This document shows positions 14,406 through 28,700 of a stretch of DNA of 64,000 bases, in pieces (the stretch's first letter is position 1; every line of letters begins with the position of its first letter). The notes under the pieces were generated by a model. That model saw only the letters and a program-made list of their open reading frames with translations. It was not told where the DNA came from and did not search any database. The translations under genes and the position numbers were made by a program. The DNA is from Chrysomallon squamiferum (taxonomy: Eukaryota > Animalia > Mollusca): assembly GCA_012295275.1 (NCBI GenBank), contig CM022667.1, positions 20,026,001 through 20,090,000 on the forward strand, given 5' to 3'.

Positions 14406-17400
14406 CTATAGAAACAATTTGCCAATAATCAAGCCTAAAATAATAGCTGCTACAATATAAACAACAGGGGGAATTGCATTTGCAGTTTGTACTGGCTGTG
14501 ATGACGAGATTGTGGGCGTGGAAGAGAGGGTGTCTGACATGGCCACCTTTCTCAGACGAAGGCCTTCTTCCTGTTAAATGAGGAAAAGTGAGAAAACATA
14601 AGTCAAATTCTCACTGGGATAAAATCAAGAAATACGATTGTGATGAGTAACAGAAAGAATAAAATATCAGACATATTACACATTTAGGACATTAATATTT
14701 CAAACAGGGCTAATTACTGCTGCTTTAGTTTTATTAATGCAATATCGTATGATAATATTTGATTGTAATTGGCTATAAAATTTTAATTAGATGTAATAAC
14801 ATATTTGTGAAGCAGCATTTAAAAATAGTTATATTACTTTGACCCAGTATAAAAACATATATGATTTTCTCTAGTCAAAACTGGTATGAAGGAAAGTTTG
14901 TTAAAAAAACAATATTTTGAAATATATTTTAATGTTGAAGTTTGTAATTAACAAAAATGTACCTTTAACTGGGCATTGTCATGTCTAAGCTGAGAAACCT
15001 CAGACTGGAGTTTTTGAAAGTCATCTAATATTTTTTTCATTTCTGGGTCATGACTTGCCAGCTGAAAAACAAAGACAAACAAGATATAAATTATTCAGTA
15101 TCTCTGACATTAAGTTTGATAACAAACAGTCAACTACAAAAAAGGTATACATACAGAAAAAAAAGAGTTTAAAAATCACCAAAAACTAAAAATGCCATAC
15201 CAAAAAAATTTCTGCAACAAAATACTGCAAATTACACATTTTTATATCGATTATGTAACTGCTGAGACAAATACTGTATTTAAAAATATGGTAATTATTC
15301 ACAACTGTCATGTTTCGGTGTTTGAAAAAAATAAATGTTTAATTCTGACATACTGAACTCCTAGCTGTAGGCCCACTCAATGGAATCGCTTTAGGCATGT
15401 CTTCATGGGTGGTATCTTTTTCCTGCAATAAACACATTTCCCAAAAATCAACAAAGGAGTTTTGCATTTTGTAACTAAACACAATGCATTTGATGATGTA
15501 AACATTCAGCATGTTTTAGAAATGATACAACAGTACGCTGACACGATATTAATTTGCTCTATGATAAAACTGCAGAAATATTCTGATAACTTTTTTATTT
15601 TCATTTGGCAAATACTGCAGCAATTTGCTAAAATGGCAAATTGTTTACATGCAGTAAGTGAAAAAAATTATAGTGCTAATCAGAGTGAGCTGCTGTGAAG
15701 CTTGTCTGCAACAGGCGTCCTCTTTCATGCAAGATTATTCAACCGTATATACCACGGGGCTTAGGTTGCAGGCAGTTACTGTCATAAAAAGCTACAGAGT
15801 TCCAGTGAATAAACCTCAAGAACTATATTACTATTTACATGATGTATTACAAAATCAACCTGATTAATTTATAATTCATTCAAAAAACAGCATGTGCAGT
15901 AAAAGTTCTTTATATGTATACCTTAATTTGTCTGCACATTAATTTTCTAAACTGTATATATAGCAATTAATAATTTTTACAAGACTGTAAAAAAGCAATG
16001 AACATTAAAATACATACTGAAATATGTTGTTGATGTGTATCAGGCATATCGAAAAAACATTTCAGCTTTGAGTCCATCAAATTCTCTGGAGGAACATCTT
16101 TCCACTGAGGAAAAAAAAATATAAAAAATAAAAGGTAGAATAAATATATATTCATTTAATATAAAATTTTATTAAATGTTCAGGTAATATGCAAATACAT
16201 TTGCATCATCATGCTGTAGCCACTTGAACCAGTTTAGATTTTCCTCCACTACAATTTATAGGGTTTTATATAAAGTGTAAAACAAGAACTTTGAAACATA
16301 ATATATGAAAGGAAAAATCACCTTTTACAATCACACAGCTATCATTTTTAACTATTTTGGAAAATTTACTGTGATTTCAACAGGTGTAGTTGTTTTAAAC
16401 TGTGGATTAAATATGTAACAACTGTGTATTTCTAAAATATAGAATAACAAAGTAATAAGTAACTGTTGATGCTACTGTTCTGAAAACAGAACATTTTTGA
16501 TAAACACGTTTTATTTATAAAAGGAATCTGCTCTATATTGTGGCATTCTATGTTCTTTATGAAAAAAAAAAAAATTAAAAATGTGTAACAAGAGAAATAT
16601 ACATTAATTAAATTAGAATGGCATTAACTATGTTGTTTTTAATTAACTGAAGCATTAAAAAAACATTAAAAATTTGATATCTGTTTTAAGGTTAAGAGTT
16701 AAGTATACATATTTCAAACTCACCAAATTCTCTAGGGCATCCAATTTACCATCAGGCGCAAACAGTGTCTGGACCATAAATTTATGTCGGTTCTTTTCAT
16801 TTGGGTCATATTCAAATGGTTGCAGCATTACTGAAAGTTTTTTTTAAATATTAAAAATAACAATATATAAAGTTACATAATAAACTATCAGCACAATTCA
16901 TTGATTGACCTTGACTTGAGGTTACTGAAATCATGGCTAAATTAATAATTTAGTGTAACCTACTTTGTACATCAAATACAATACAATCTGTTACTTGTAT
17001 TATTGTTACAAGCCATGAATCAACACTGTATTCTGATTCTTCGCCTAATACTGTTTTTCTTTGCATTAATGACAGTAATATTACATTTTAATATTTTAAA
17101 ACCAAATTTTAGTTGCAAAAACAGAATTTAAATAATATAAAAATATATTATGTATTGAAACTCTGTTTGTACCATAAAACACAATTTAAATCAGTTATGA
17201 TACTGATTTCATTATGACAAGTAAATACATATTTATAAACACCTGTTTATCTGGTAACAGTCAACGAATTTTAAAATATGAAATTACTAAACACAGTACC
17301 ATACTATTCTTTTATTAGTTTCAGGGAACATTATTAAAAATCAAATCTGTATCAAAAATTATAAAATATGTTCTAAGCAGTAAAAAGAATAAAATAATAA

Positions 17401-18233
17401 CACACCTGAAACTACAGTCTTATCTCCTGGCTCAATGATACCACTGTTTGGTCGAACACAGTATCTCTTTGGTGCAGTTGTCTTTACCTTGAAACATACT
17501 CTCTTTTGTGAGGGGTTTGTCAGTTTCAGTTCTGCAGTGACAACTTCTTTGAAAGGACCTGCAAATTAAAGAAATGTTCTGATCATTATAAACACTTAAT
17601 AACTAAATACTCACATTTAATTTACAGCTCTTTTTTTTCTTCAATATTTTCACACTGAAATTCCTTTATTTTATAAATAAATTTATAAAATGATGATTTA
17701 TAATTTGACAGCTGAGCCATCCACTATGAATTTTACCCTGATGGCTGGAATATATTTTTAAACATTCAAATTTAACTTTGATGTAAATTATAATTAGTAA
17801 CAAACAGAATTCCTAGGTTACATGTATTCATCCCATGTTGTTTTCTTTTTATAACTAATCCAGGTACTAACTTTGGAAACAGTAAGTAGCCTACAATTTT
17901 TTTTCTCTCAAAATAAATGCATATTATGTGAGGGTGTGTGTAACACAATAGTACTTGATTTCATCTTCAAATGTAATGATGCACTCATATCAAATGAGCA
18001 GGTTTTAACATTTATCTATTATCAAACAATAGAGAATGTAAAATATCATTCATATATCTAGTCACTAAATTGTTACAATCAAAGCAAACTGTTTTCCCAG
18101 CTGTCAACATGATAATAAATAAAAATAATGACCCACTAACCCACATGACAATTTAAGAATTTGAGTGCTGGCTTAGCAATAATTTTATTATTAAAAACAT
18201 GTTAAAAAAATATCTTTGTCATGTTTTGCTTAC

Positions 18234-18277
<44 letters not shown>

Positions 18278-20205
18278 TTTAAATAAATTTTCTAATAAAT
18301 CTGGCTGCAAATTGTTAATAGTCGATTAATTTCAATGCTCAGAGCTCAGTTTAAATGTGCAGCTTTGCATGACCACTGATTCACTGGCTGTTTCAAATAA
18401 AACTATTAAAGAAAACTAATTTCTTTGCATTATTAAATATTTTTCGTTACGTTTAACTAAAAATGCACTTGGGATACAATTTTTTGAGTGGCCAATTGGG
18501 CATTATGCAACTACACTTACCTACACAATTTTTGAATGCCCTGTGACTGAATTTTCTTTTTGTTTTTATTCACTTAAATTGACATTAAAACATGTCAGGT
18601 AATATATATCATAAAAAGTATAACAACAGAAAAGAAGGAAACCTAACTTGTTTTAGTTTTATCAAAAACTGTTGTAATTAAATGAAAACATTTTTAACAC
18701 AATGTCATTTCAGAAAATCTCAGGCACCTAAGATATACTTCGCTGAGGTATTCTGAATGTACCTATAAATATGTTCATGTTGGCAAGATTTTCTGAATAC
18801 TTTGACATGTTCAATAGACTGGGGTAATGGCCTCTGTTGTCTCCTATCTGGGTTTAATTGTGCAGATACTAATAGGAACCAGCAGAGAACAATGAATTTA
18901 AAAAAATCTGTTATTCTGAAACACAATACCTGGAAATATTTAGTCACCAGGCGGGTGACATGATAAGGTTTTGGATTGCTGTAAAGTGCATATCCAATCT
19001 CACAGTGACAAATTTGATGACTTCCATGAAAACTTGATTAAAAACTAAGTTACCATGGTGCCTAACATTTGTGATTAAAAGGTAAGATCTCATAAATTCA
19101 GAAACACAGAATTTTTAAAAGTACCTTAGACCTTTGAATTCATTGTTAATATTTAAAGATTTGTTGAAGAAAATCATTATCATTTATAAACACAATTTAG
19201 CCACTAACATTACATGTTGACTTTCCTGTAAATCGTAATTTATTTGTAAATCTGTGTCCTTACTTCTGTGCAGTGTAATCATATCAGTTATGAACATTTT
19301 ATTAGCAACATCTGCAGCACATATAACTAAATCAAATTCAATACCTAAATACTAGTAATAATAATAACAATAATAATAACAATAATAATATATATATAAA
19401 CGTTTTTGAAAATTGCTAATTATAATTTGATATATTATATAAATGACAGATAAGATAACCTGCATTTTTCAGAATATTTGGCTACTCTTTTAATTTCTTT
19501 AATGGCATATAATATTGATTTCTCACAACCAGCAAATACATCTATTTTTAAAGTGATCTTTGGTTTGCTGCAACTAATTTTGTTTTTTCAAAATATGATA
19601 CAAATATGAGTATGAGTATTCTGTATTATAATGTTGGTAGCTAATTATGTATAAACCTGTGTATAATTGTTCTCTTTATTGTAACAATTGTTATAATTAG
19701 CAAATGTGAAATTAAAGAACTGAAAATATAGATGGATTATTTAACTTTATACATAGAGATATTCTTTTAATATATTTTAACAACATGAACCACTCACTGT
19801 GCAACAAAAGTACAAATAAACTTTAGTTATGAAATTTACTATCCCATCACAAGTCATCCTGCCATTGAAGACTGGAAATACTTGCTGCTTATTCCTGTGC
19901 TCCAGTACATAATCCAGACACCTGATATTTTGCAATATCCATTTTAAAAACCCATCACATATTATTATCAGTCATTATCCAAAGTGAATAACCAATCGAC
20001 ATAACAACTATGAATAAGTTTGTATCTGTGTGCAATGATAACTATTTCCTTATGTTAGTCGCTAAAAATTTGTGAACCTTAAACGAAGAGTGAGGTAGGC
20101 AGGCAGACATTGAATAACTAACAACATGCTTGATCAAATTTGTTTACCTTTAAAACGAAGTTCACTGGCAGGTTCTAAGATCAGTATTTGTTCATTCTTT
20201 GCCAT
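14406..20205 (-). CDS. VAPB: Vesicle-associated membrane protein-associated protein (VAPA/VAPB orthologue), 245 aa
   Basis: Exons 20148-20205, 17406-17558, 16724-16830, 16018-16104, 15354-15422, 14963-15061, 14406-14570, all GT-AG and phase-consistent. MSP domain [53 protein letters not shown], coiled coil, EEGLRLRK, and C-terminal TM segment ..[13 protein letters not shown]. Confidence 0.95.
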
Positions 20206-20607
20206 TTCTAAGTATCCTAACAACACACAACTTCGTTTTTCGAAATGATTACCACAATTTTATCATCAGAACTTCGTCAATGCTGACAGAACGTGTTTTG
20301 CGCCTGCGCAATACATTCGGAAATAAAGTTTTTAAAAATATGAATTAAGGAGCGCACAATAATTAATGTTTAACTTGTAACATTAATTAATTATAAGAAT
20401 TTGTAAGAATTTTAGATTCAAAACATTTCCTTGAAATAACAGAAACTGATTCAATCAAATTACTTAATTTTTGCTTTAAATAACATTTTCTTTAGCCAGA
20501 TCCCACGAATTCGTGTAAATTCAGGATTCAGTTCTTGGCACGAGAGTATGTGCATAGAGATGAAGTAAATAAAATAAGCGATGCATTGTGACAAAGAATA
20601 ATTAGTG
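20206..20607. promoter_or_regulatory. Bidirectional promoter between VAP and CFAP418 with an NRF1-like site
   Basis: 402 bp separate the divergent ATGs (20205 and 20608). CpG-retaining; TGCGCCTGCGCA at 20299-20310 fits the NRF1/ewg consensus. Confidence 0.7.
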
Positions 20608-21817
20608 ATGGCTGATGATATTGATGATTTGCTGGATGAGGTGGAAACGAAGTTTTGCGAAAAAAATAAAACAAATAAAACTGCGACTAAAGGAACAAAC
20701 CGAAACAGGTGACTCTATAACGTCAATAAGCCAAAATACTGAATAATGACAATAACATTATAATTAACATACATTTTACATTGATAATTACTAGATGATT
20801 CCGTATCATTACAAGCAGTTTTTGTTGTTATGAATTATAAATTACACAAATGTATAAGAAAATTAAAATTATGCTTGGCAACATTTTTATTTTATGTGAG
20901 ACTTGTGTCATTAAAAGACCAGCAACAAGAAAAACAAGAAAAATAAATAAATAAATAATAAATTAACTGTTAGTGTTACAGTAATTGACTTAAAATATGA
21001 AAAAGAGGGAAAACAAAGACTTCAGCTTAATCTTTCTAATTGTTTGGTAAAACATCCTAATTTCAAATACTTAGTCACATGTTTCGTTGACATTACCCTA
21101 ATCAGTTACAGGGGATGCAGTCTATACCTGATGGCTGGATTGTGGATTAGTGGCTGTAAGATTTTTGATGATGTGCACTCAGGCTTTCATCTGCACTTTA
21201 ATTTATTATATTATTTTATTTCATTCCAAATACATGTGTGTGTGTGTGTAGTTAATTTTTTTTTTTTTTTTTTTCCAGGTCACGACTTGATGATGATATT
21301 GATCAGATACTCACTGATGTGGATGATCGCTTAGAAAAAATAGAAGTAAATTATTTATACATACAAACATTATTTATTAAAAAGAAATAATAAAAATTGT
21401 TGATGTAGAATGATAGAGGATTAAACATTCAGATAATTTTGTTTGTAACTTTAATTAAAGTGAAAATCCTTTTTTTTTTTTAAACTAATTCTGTACCTTT
21501 TTTTAAAGAATTCTTTTCTTTCTGAAAGACATAGTCTTTTTCATTCATTCATTCATGTGTGTATGTATAAATGAAAAAGGTTATTTTTATTATTACATAA
21601 TTTATTTATTTCTATTTATCTATGATTGCAGACACTTACAGAGAAGAAACACTTGAGTGATACAAACCAAGCAAGACCTGAATCTGCCAAACGGTAATCA
21701 TCCCCAAACAAACACATAATTTACATTTGTCACCTTTGCCAGCTTGGCTGGTTTCAAAGTATTAATTAAATGAGACTATTTTATTAATTTTTTAATACAG
21801 TTTTTTAATTTTTAAAT

Positions 21818-21848
<31 letters not shown>

Positions 21849-23118
21849 TTATTTTATTTTTTTTATTCAGTGCATCTTTATCTTATTTGGACTGTTAATT
21901 AGTTGAACTTGTTTAATATAAAACAGGTACATTGAAAAATTGTGCTTATTTTTGTAGATGTTTCCCTGTGTATCTTGGAGGAGCCTCATTGGCAATGGGT
22001 CAAGGGTCAACTTTCAATAAAAAGTATGTTTTTTGCATTAATATATTTGTAAAATACCAGTTTATAATTAATTTTCATAATTTGATAGAGATGCCATATC
22101 TGTTAAGAAAAACTGCTAGATGTATATTCATTTAAATAGATATAGAGTATCCCACAAAAAGGAAATCTTTCGTTTTTAACTAGTCATGAGAGATCCTATA
22201 CCTGTTGAAAAAGATCAATAGATATGTATATTCATTTTAATAGATGTAGAGGATCTAATCTTGTCATTTTAAAACAGATCACATCTTTGTTCATAATATT
22301 TTATTTATATCCACAAATGATAGCGGTTGCATTAAACTTTTTCCTTTGCAGTATTTTTGCAGTTGTATGGTGATAATCAGATGCTGTAAATCAGGTTAGG
22401 GGTTTTAATTTAAACTTTATTCTTTGGTTTTAAGAGCCTGCGACAAACTGAGATGTACTTCGTGTGATTTCCGGGTGATTTCGTTTGACAACTTTGAATG
22501 GGACAGCAATACTGATTATCTCTTTTTACGCAATAATGTTCCTGATTTCTACAAACTGAAGTCAAACCTGGTACCTAAAAAAGGTTGTTATTTTAATGTG
22601 TTCTTAAGTATTTCTAGTCTCTGGTGTATATAAATACATAGCCAAAAGCAATTTATATGCATACCACTTCATTATTTATACAGAATCGTAAAACGTAATG
22701 CAACTTGTTAATTTTCTGTTATTACTTGGTTTCATTTCTACAGCAGTGAAGACCTGATTTCTGTAATTTACCATTTTGCCTATGTAGAAATGTTTGCAAT
22801 ATAATTCAGTGATGATATAAAATTATGTGCATACTTACATGATTGTACATTTCTGATGTTTAACCTTGACATAAATCAATACTATTCAAGAAAAGTTATC
22901 AGATTGAAAATCCTTTTGAAAAAGTTTATTAGTCATTTTAAATAAGATCACATCATTATGAAGATATTGTCTCTGTGTCAGTGAACTGCATGTAAAGAAT
23001 TTCTATTTATTATTTAGGTTCAAGATCTTACTGTTGTCAGTGCAGTTGGAAATCTGTACAAGATCTCGAAGAGTTGAAATATTCAGACTTGAAGTGGGTG
23101 TGTGGAAAACACTCTTGA
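20608..23118 (+). CDS. CFAP418: Cilia- and flagella-associated protein 418 (C8orf37 orthologue), 181 aa
   Basis: Exons 20608-20708, 21279-21345, 21632-21693, 21958-22023, 22435-22583, 23018-23118. N-terminus [17 protein letters not shown]; conserved [34 protein letters not shown] and [15 protein letters not shown]. Confidence 0.93.
22087..22255 (+). repeat. Diverged ~100-bp-period tandem duplication in CFAP418 intron 4
   Basis: agagat..ctgtt..atgtatattcattt(a/t)aatagat(a/g)tagag occurs at 22087-22152 and 22189-22255. Confidence 0.7.
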
Positions 23119-24306
23119 CCTGTTCTCTTTGACCAGGCATAGTTCATCACTTTTTTATTAACAGTATACATGGTTTTCATTTATTAGTTACTTTCTTAAT
23201 TCATGTTATTCCAACAGAAAGTAGAGAAAAGCAATAACATATTTTACAATGTATGCTTAATAGACATTTTGTAAATATCAATTGTTCCTCTTAAAAAAGA
23301 AAGAAAAAAAGAATGCTTAAGAAAATTCAGAAATCTAAACTGGAATTAAGTAAGTCTTCATAAATTCATTTGTCAATGTCATATCCTACTTGTGTTGCAA
23401 TAGAAGATTAAGTAATGTCTAAATGTATTTGTTGTTAAAATTTGTAATTTGTTATTCTATCAACTTGTTGATATTTTATAATTTTGTTGTAAATGTGCAG
23501 TGAACCAAACAAATGGTAAATGTGTGAGGAAACAAATGATGAATTAGCTCAGAGAACTTTATTCTTTGAAAAAAAAATTTAAATTCAAAGTTAAAAATTA
23601 AAACCAAAAATGTGTTCCATTTTTTTTTTCAAATTATGACCATACCTTTAAACTGTTCTAAATTTGTTACATTAACTGTGTATGATTTGTAACCATTGTG
23701 AACAGAAGAAAAAACCTTTGAGTATGTACAATTAATTCATAAATCATATATCTTCATTTAAATAATAGAAAGTGTTTGCTTTTATTTACAAAATACAGAA
23801 TATGAATTATCTGACAATAATGCAGAAAGAAATCTAGCTGGAGTTACTCTGTGTATAAACTGTCATCTTGACACTGTTTTAGTATTTACATGGTTCTTAC
23901 ACCTGTGTGCATTTTAAATCAGTTGTACGTGTTTCTTAATAGCACTAAAATAATAAAGTGTTCTTACTTAAAACTTGTCTTGCCTTTATTTTATTGAAAG
24001 ACATTGCTTAAATAATTTGAATTAGACAATAACTCTTGAGGTGTACCTGTGCATGTGAAATGTTTTTGTTTGGTTCCATAGAACACAGCTGCAAAAACAC
24101 ATCTCTGATTCCCTCTGAAACTGTCCAAAACTACAAACATGATTTCACTTTTGCAAAAACAACTTCACTAATTCTGCAGATTTGGATACTTGCTGAAGAC
24201 CACTGTATGACTGGTGCTTTAATGGCTATATAACACATGTTAAATTACTGGATTCGAAAACCCTTCTCAGTAATAGGCTTATACCTAGCATTTTAATTAT
24301 GTTAGT

Positions 24307-24450
24307 AAAGAATGTTTTATTTAACATCTCAACATGTTTATGGCACCATACAGATAGTTGATGCTTTATGATTAGCTACTCTTGTTAACAGTAGTAAATT
24401 CTTCCAGTGCTCTTTGTCATGATCGATAGAACTTAACAATATATCCCAGC
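24307..24450 (-). mobile_element. Highly decayed fragment of the same SINE family (3' tail)
   Basis: aaagaatgttttatttaac..tcaaca..tatggc..cagata..gctactctt resembles the 176-390 copy. Confidence 0.4.
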
Positions 24451-25724
24451 TGCTTAAGTACATAAACAAATGCCACTGCCAAAGTTATCTATTTTTGATA
24501 ACCTGTATTTATAAATAAAATATGCTAAAATGAAATTAGATGAAGACCAATTTTGTACTTTCATAAATTGAAGATTGTATATATTTCTTTGGTCACAATG
24601 TTAAATATTTATTTTAGAAAAGTAATTACAAAGATTTTCAAAATTATATATATAAATAACCATGACTTGATCTACCAAATATTTAAAATAGCCATTACTC
24701 AAGAAATTTGGTATTACATAAATGTTTACAATTTAACTAATAAATGATATTAACAATGTTAAGATATTGCACAACACCCTGTAACCCAGAAATGAAAAGT
24801 AAGTTTCATCTGTTAAATTTTCTATTTAATTCTACTCTACTTAAAGGATTGAATCTCTGACAAAAGCTTGAAATATATGGCATCATAATTCCCTTAGACA
24901 ACCAAATACATGGAATATAGCCATTGCTTCGAGTTAATATAAATAACTGATACACTATTATCTCAAACCCTGACAAAGAAGGTACTGATACTAATCTTGT
25001 GTCTGCAGCACTATAAAACCCACTATTTTGTGAAAAAAAGCACATGAATCCAGCCAATGAAATGATATTCTAGTTAACCACACCATATTAAACAGAGATT
25101 GAAAACATAATAATTATTATAACAATCAGAAAAATAATATAAAAACATTTATACTCAGTGTGACTTCAAAAGTTTATTACTTTTATATGTATGTACACTG
25201 TAATCAACACAAAATCAGTAGATTTGTATCATGATTATGTGTCCTTTAATAAGGTGTTTTCAGTCCACCTTGAAATAATTCTTACAAAAAGAAAATAATA
25301 AATGAAAAACTGAACTAGAATTTATATATACCCTTATTTAGATAATTTTACATAACTAAGAATGATATGGAACATTTTCAGTTACGTAATGAACAAATGA
25401 TACTTTACATAATGTTTCCACTTTACAAGGTTTATCAAAGTATTATCATGCAACTGCCACAGCATAACAGAAATAAATTTTTATTTTATCAGGAATCTTT
25501 TTCAGTTTCTATTTATTACCATTCATTCATGAATAGTTTACGTTCTTCATTTTTTAAATTATTTCTTTACAAACGTGAACCAGTTGGGACCACTTTCAAT
25601 CAGTTTTTAAAATAATCTATCTCAGATGTGTCATGATGTTGACCAATGGATTTCATCTGTTTGGTTGACTGTGGAAATCGTCATCAAGTGTTCTCCCATA
25701 ATTCTGTCTGACTGCTTACCAAGG

Positions 25725-28700
25725 CTATGTCATACTGGAAAAAATAAATAAATAATGTATTGATTATAACATATGTGTTATATTCATATTTCAAGAGATG
25801 TAATTAAATCAGAGATCAACACAGGCTTGAAAGGTATGTAAAATATTGCTACAAAGTTGAGGTACCAATTCAGTGCAGACCTGCAGTTTGTCAACATGTG
25901 CCATTTTCATTCATCCTTTAAAATCATTTAGATTGGTCGAACATCACACAGTTGTATGACATAAAAATAAGATTTACAATAAATTCAGGATGTTGGGGGA
26001 GTCTTTTTCTGCAACATGATGATGACTGGGAAGCATGTATCATTTTACAAAATATTTTACCTTTTTTTAAATTTATTTCAATACAATAAAGATATTTTAA
26101 TTTGCCTAAAAATCTATATATATTTATATTTCTAATAACAAATTTGATGCTTAATCATTTCTTCTGTTTTAATCAACAAAGTAAGATATTTATCAAGCTA
26201 TTTTTATTATATTTAGACTTGAGAATGACATTTTGATAAACATTTTTTTAAAGAAGATCCTAATGTTTGGCACATATGCTCATTTGAAATTTGGTTTAAC
26301 TGAATTTTTAGAAACTATAATTTTGATTAAAATGTGCAGTTCTAGATTAGGATTTGAATTGTGTGCTGTAATGTTAAATTGCAAGGTTCGAGCATGTTCA
26401 ATTATATGAATGAATTCCATAAAACAGAGACAACAAGAAGCTTTTTAAAGGTTTAAGTTTAAACAGATGACTGTTTTTGAAAGACTTTTCTCACCTGTCC
26501 AACAGAGCATCTCTCATATCTGACTGAATAGCTGACTGCTGGTTGTCACCCAGTTTAAAGACACTCTCTATCACAGAAAGCTCGGTTGCCGTGGTGTCCA
26601 GACCACAGAAAGCTATCCAGTCATTGACCACCATGCCAGCTCCTATAACATCACTGCCACGATTCACTGTCCCAGCCTGCAAACCAGTTAGTTGTGTAGT
26701 GAGGTTATTTTTAAACATTCTAATAAATCAGTATTAGCAAATTTTCTTCAAAAGAATAACTCTTTAAAAAATGAAACAGATTACAACATTTTTCTATCTA
26801 CATTTTTTTTTATTTTAAAGTTCTAAATGCTTTTTGTCTATTGTTTAATTTATAATTATGTATTTGTAACTTAATAATACAAAATATTACATACCACTAA
26901 TGGAACTTGAAGCAGTGAAGATAATTCATCCTGATCTTCAAATGAAGTTTTAGGATGAACCTGCAACAGAAGATGGATTAAAATAGTAAAAAACAAAGTA
27001 AGTTTAACAGAAAGATAACATCTTGTCATTCTATGTTAAATTCAAATACATTTTTTAATCAGATCAATAATGCAGCCAAAAATCTGGCTTTCTTGTCAAA
27101 ATTGGGTTGTAAGATGAGGTAAATTTGGATTGACTTGAAAAAAAACTGGAATAATATTGTTTGCAAAGCTTTTCAAGGACTACTGAAGCTTCAGGTAGGC
27201 ATGTACTCACTTGGAATGACTAATTAATAAATTTAAATTTATAAAATCAAACAATATGATCAGTATATATTATAATGTAATTATATCCATTGAAAATATT
27301 TTATTCCCACTGGTGGAGAAAACAAATATTGATAATAACAACAACAGAATAAAATAACATACCAAGCCTCCTTGGTTACTGAATGCACAGTAACTGCCAA
27401 CAAGAACATTGCCTGCAACAGTCTGCCGGAAAACATCAATGCCCAGAGTATCTGTGATTATTTCTTCAGTTTCCTGTCAAAATGGAAACCATAAACCATC
27501 AGCATATTAAATATAGAACCTTGTGAATTTGTATGACACTACTAAAACATTATATACTTCAGCTTTCCACTGCAGGGAAATTTTAATACACAGATTTCTT
27601 ATCCAGAGTATTACATATTAACAAGTAACAATATTTTCATGAAATAATGGAGGTGCTCAAAACGTAACAGTCTCAAACTGAAAACAAAAATATTTAAAGA
27701 CTTATAAAATTATTCACTTCAATGACAAAAAACAATAAATCAGCATTTTCTTGTTGAAATTGTTTTTTAAATTTTATTTAGCAGAAAAAGTTGCTAAAAT
27801 GTCCTTACTCTATCAATATCAGGATGAACAAGTCCAACATAATCATTGCATGCCACCACATTGCCAAGAGCAGACAGTCTTTCTTCCACTCGCTGAACCT
27901 TCACTTTGTCAGGAAGAGCATTTCGAATATGCTGCAGTTCCTGATCTGTTGTGGTGTTGGGAACCAAAAGACCATTCTTGTTACCTGTAGAAAGTGATAA
28001 TTTTTACAGTTTTGTCTCTATTCATCTCAGTTTACAGCATACAATACTTCTTACATTTAATACAAACAGGTATACAGTCACATGTCATTTAACAGCCTCC
28101 ACATAATGTCTGATCCATACTAATAATAAGAAAACAACAGAATTAAACAAATATGTTAACAAAACAGGACTTAGAACACATAAGTTCACTTACTGTAGGC
28201 TCTCACACATACATTAGTGCCTATAAATCCACAGTATATACTGAGAACTGTTTTTTTTATAAATGTTTACCAGTATGTTACTACATTTTGTTTTGTGGTT
28301 ATTGTAGCATATAGCACAGCACAGCACTTTTAAGTTAATTTCCTTCAGTTACTAAATACATGCAAACTATACTAAACAAAATGGAAACTTCTGTTCTTTA
28401 AATGTTTTTGTTTTTCTAACTAAAAACATGTTAAATCAGCTTTGATGAAAAGTAACATTTTTCAATATTTAAAAATTTTTATTTCCTTGTCTACAGAAAA
28501 GAGGTAAAAAAAAAAAAAAGGAAGAAAGATGTCTTGCTACTTTTTGAAAAAACAATTGTTAGAAGGTAATTTATCCTTAATAATCCTTAATTTAGCCACT
28601 AATACAAAAGGAACATTTTTAACTTTTTAATTTTAGCAGGTGAAACAGGTCTGAAATACCAGATTACAGACTGAAACTATTATGATCAGTTTAAAACAAA

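Noticed and set aside
16176-16212. Box C (ATGATGA) / box D (CTGA) pair on minus in VAP intron 3
   Set aside because: Only ~35 nt long, with no upstream C box or recognisable rRNA guide.
21637-21645. METTL16 nonamer TACAGAGAA near the CFAP418 exon 3 acceptor
   Set aside because: Expected about once by chance in AT-rich DNA of this size (it also occurs at ~12571); no hairpin context.
26360-26400. GGTTCGAG T-loop-like motif in eIF6 intron 6
   Set aside because: No cloverleaf stems or A box; not a tRNA.
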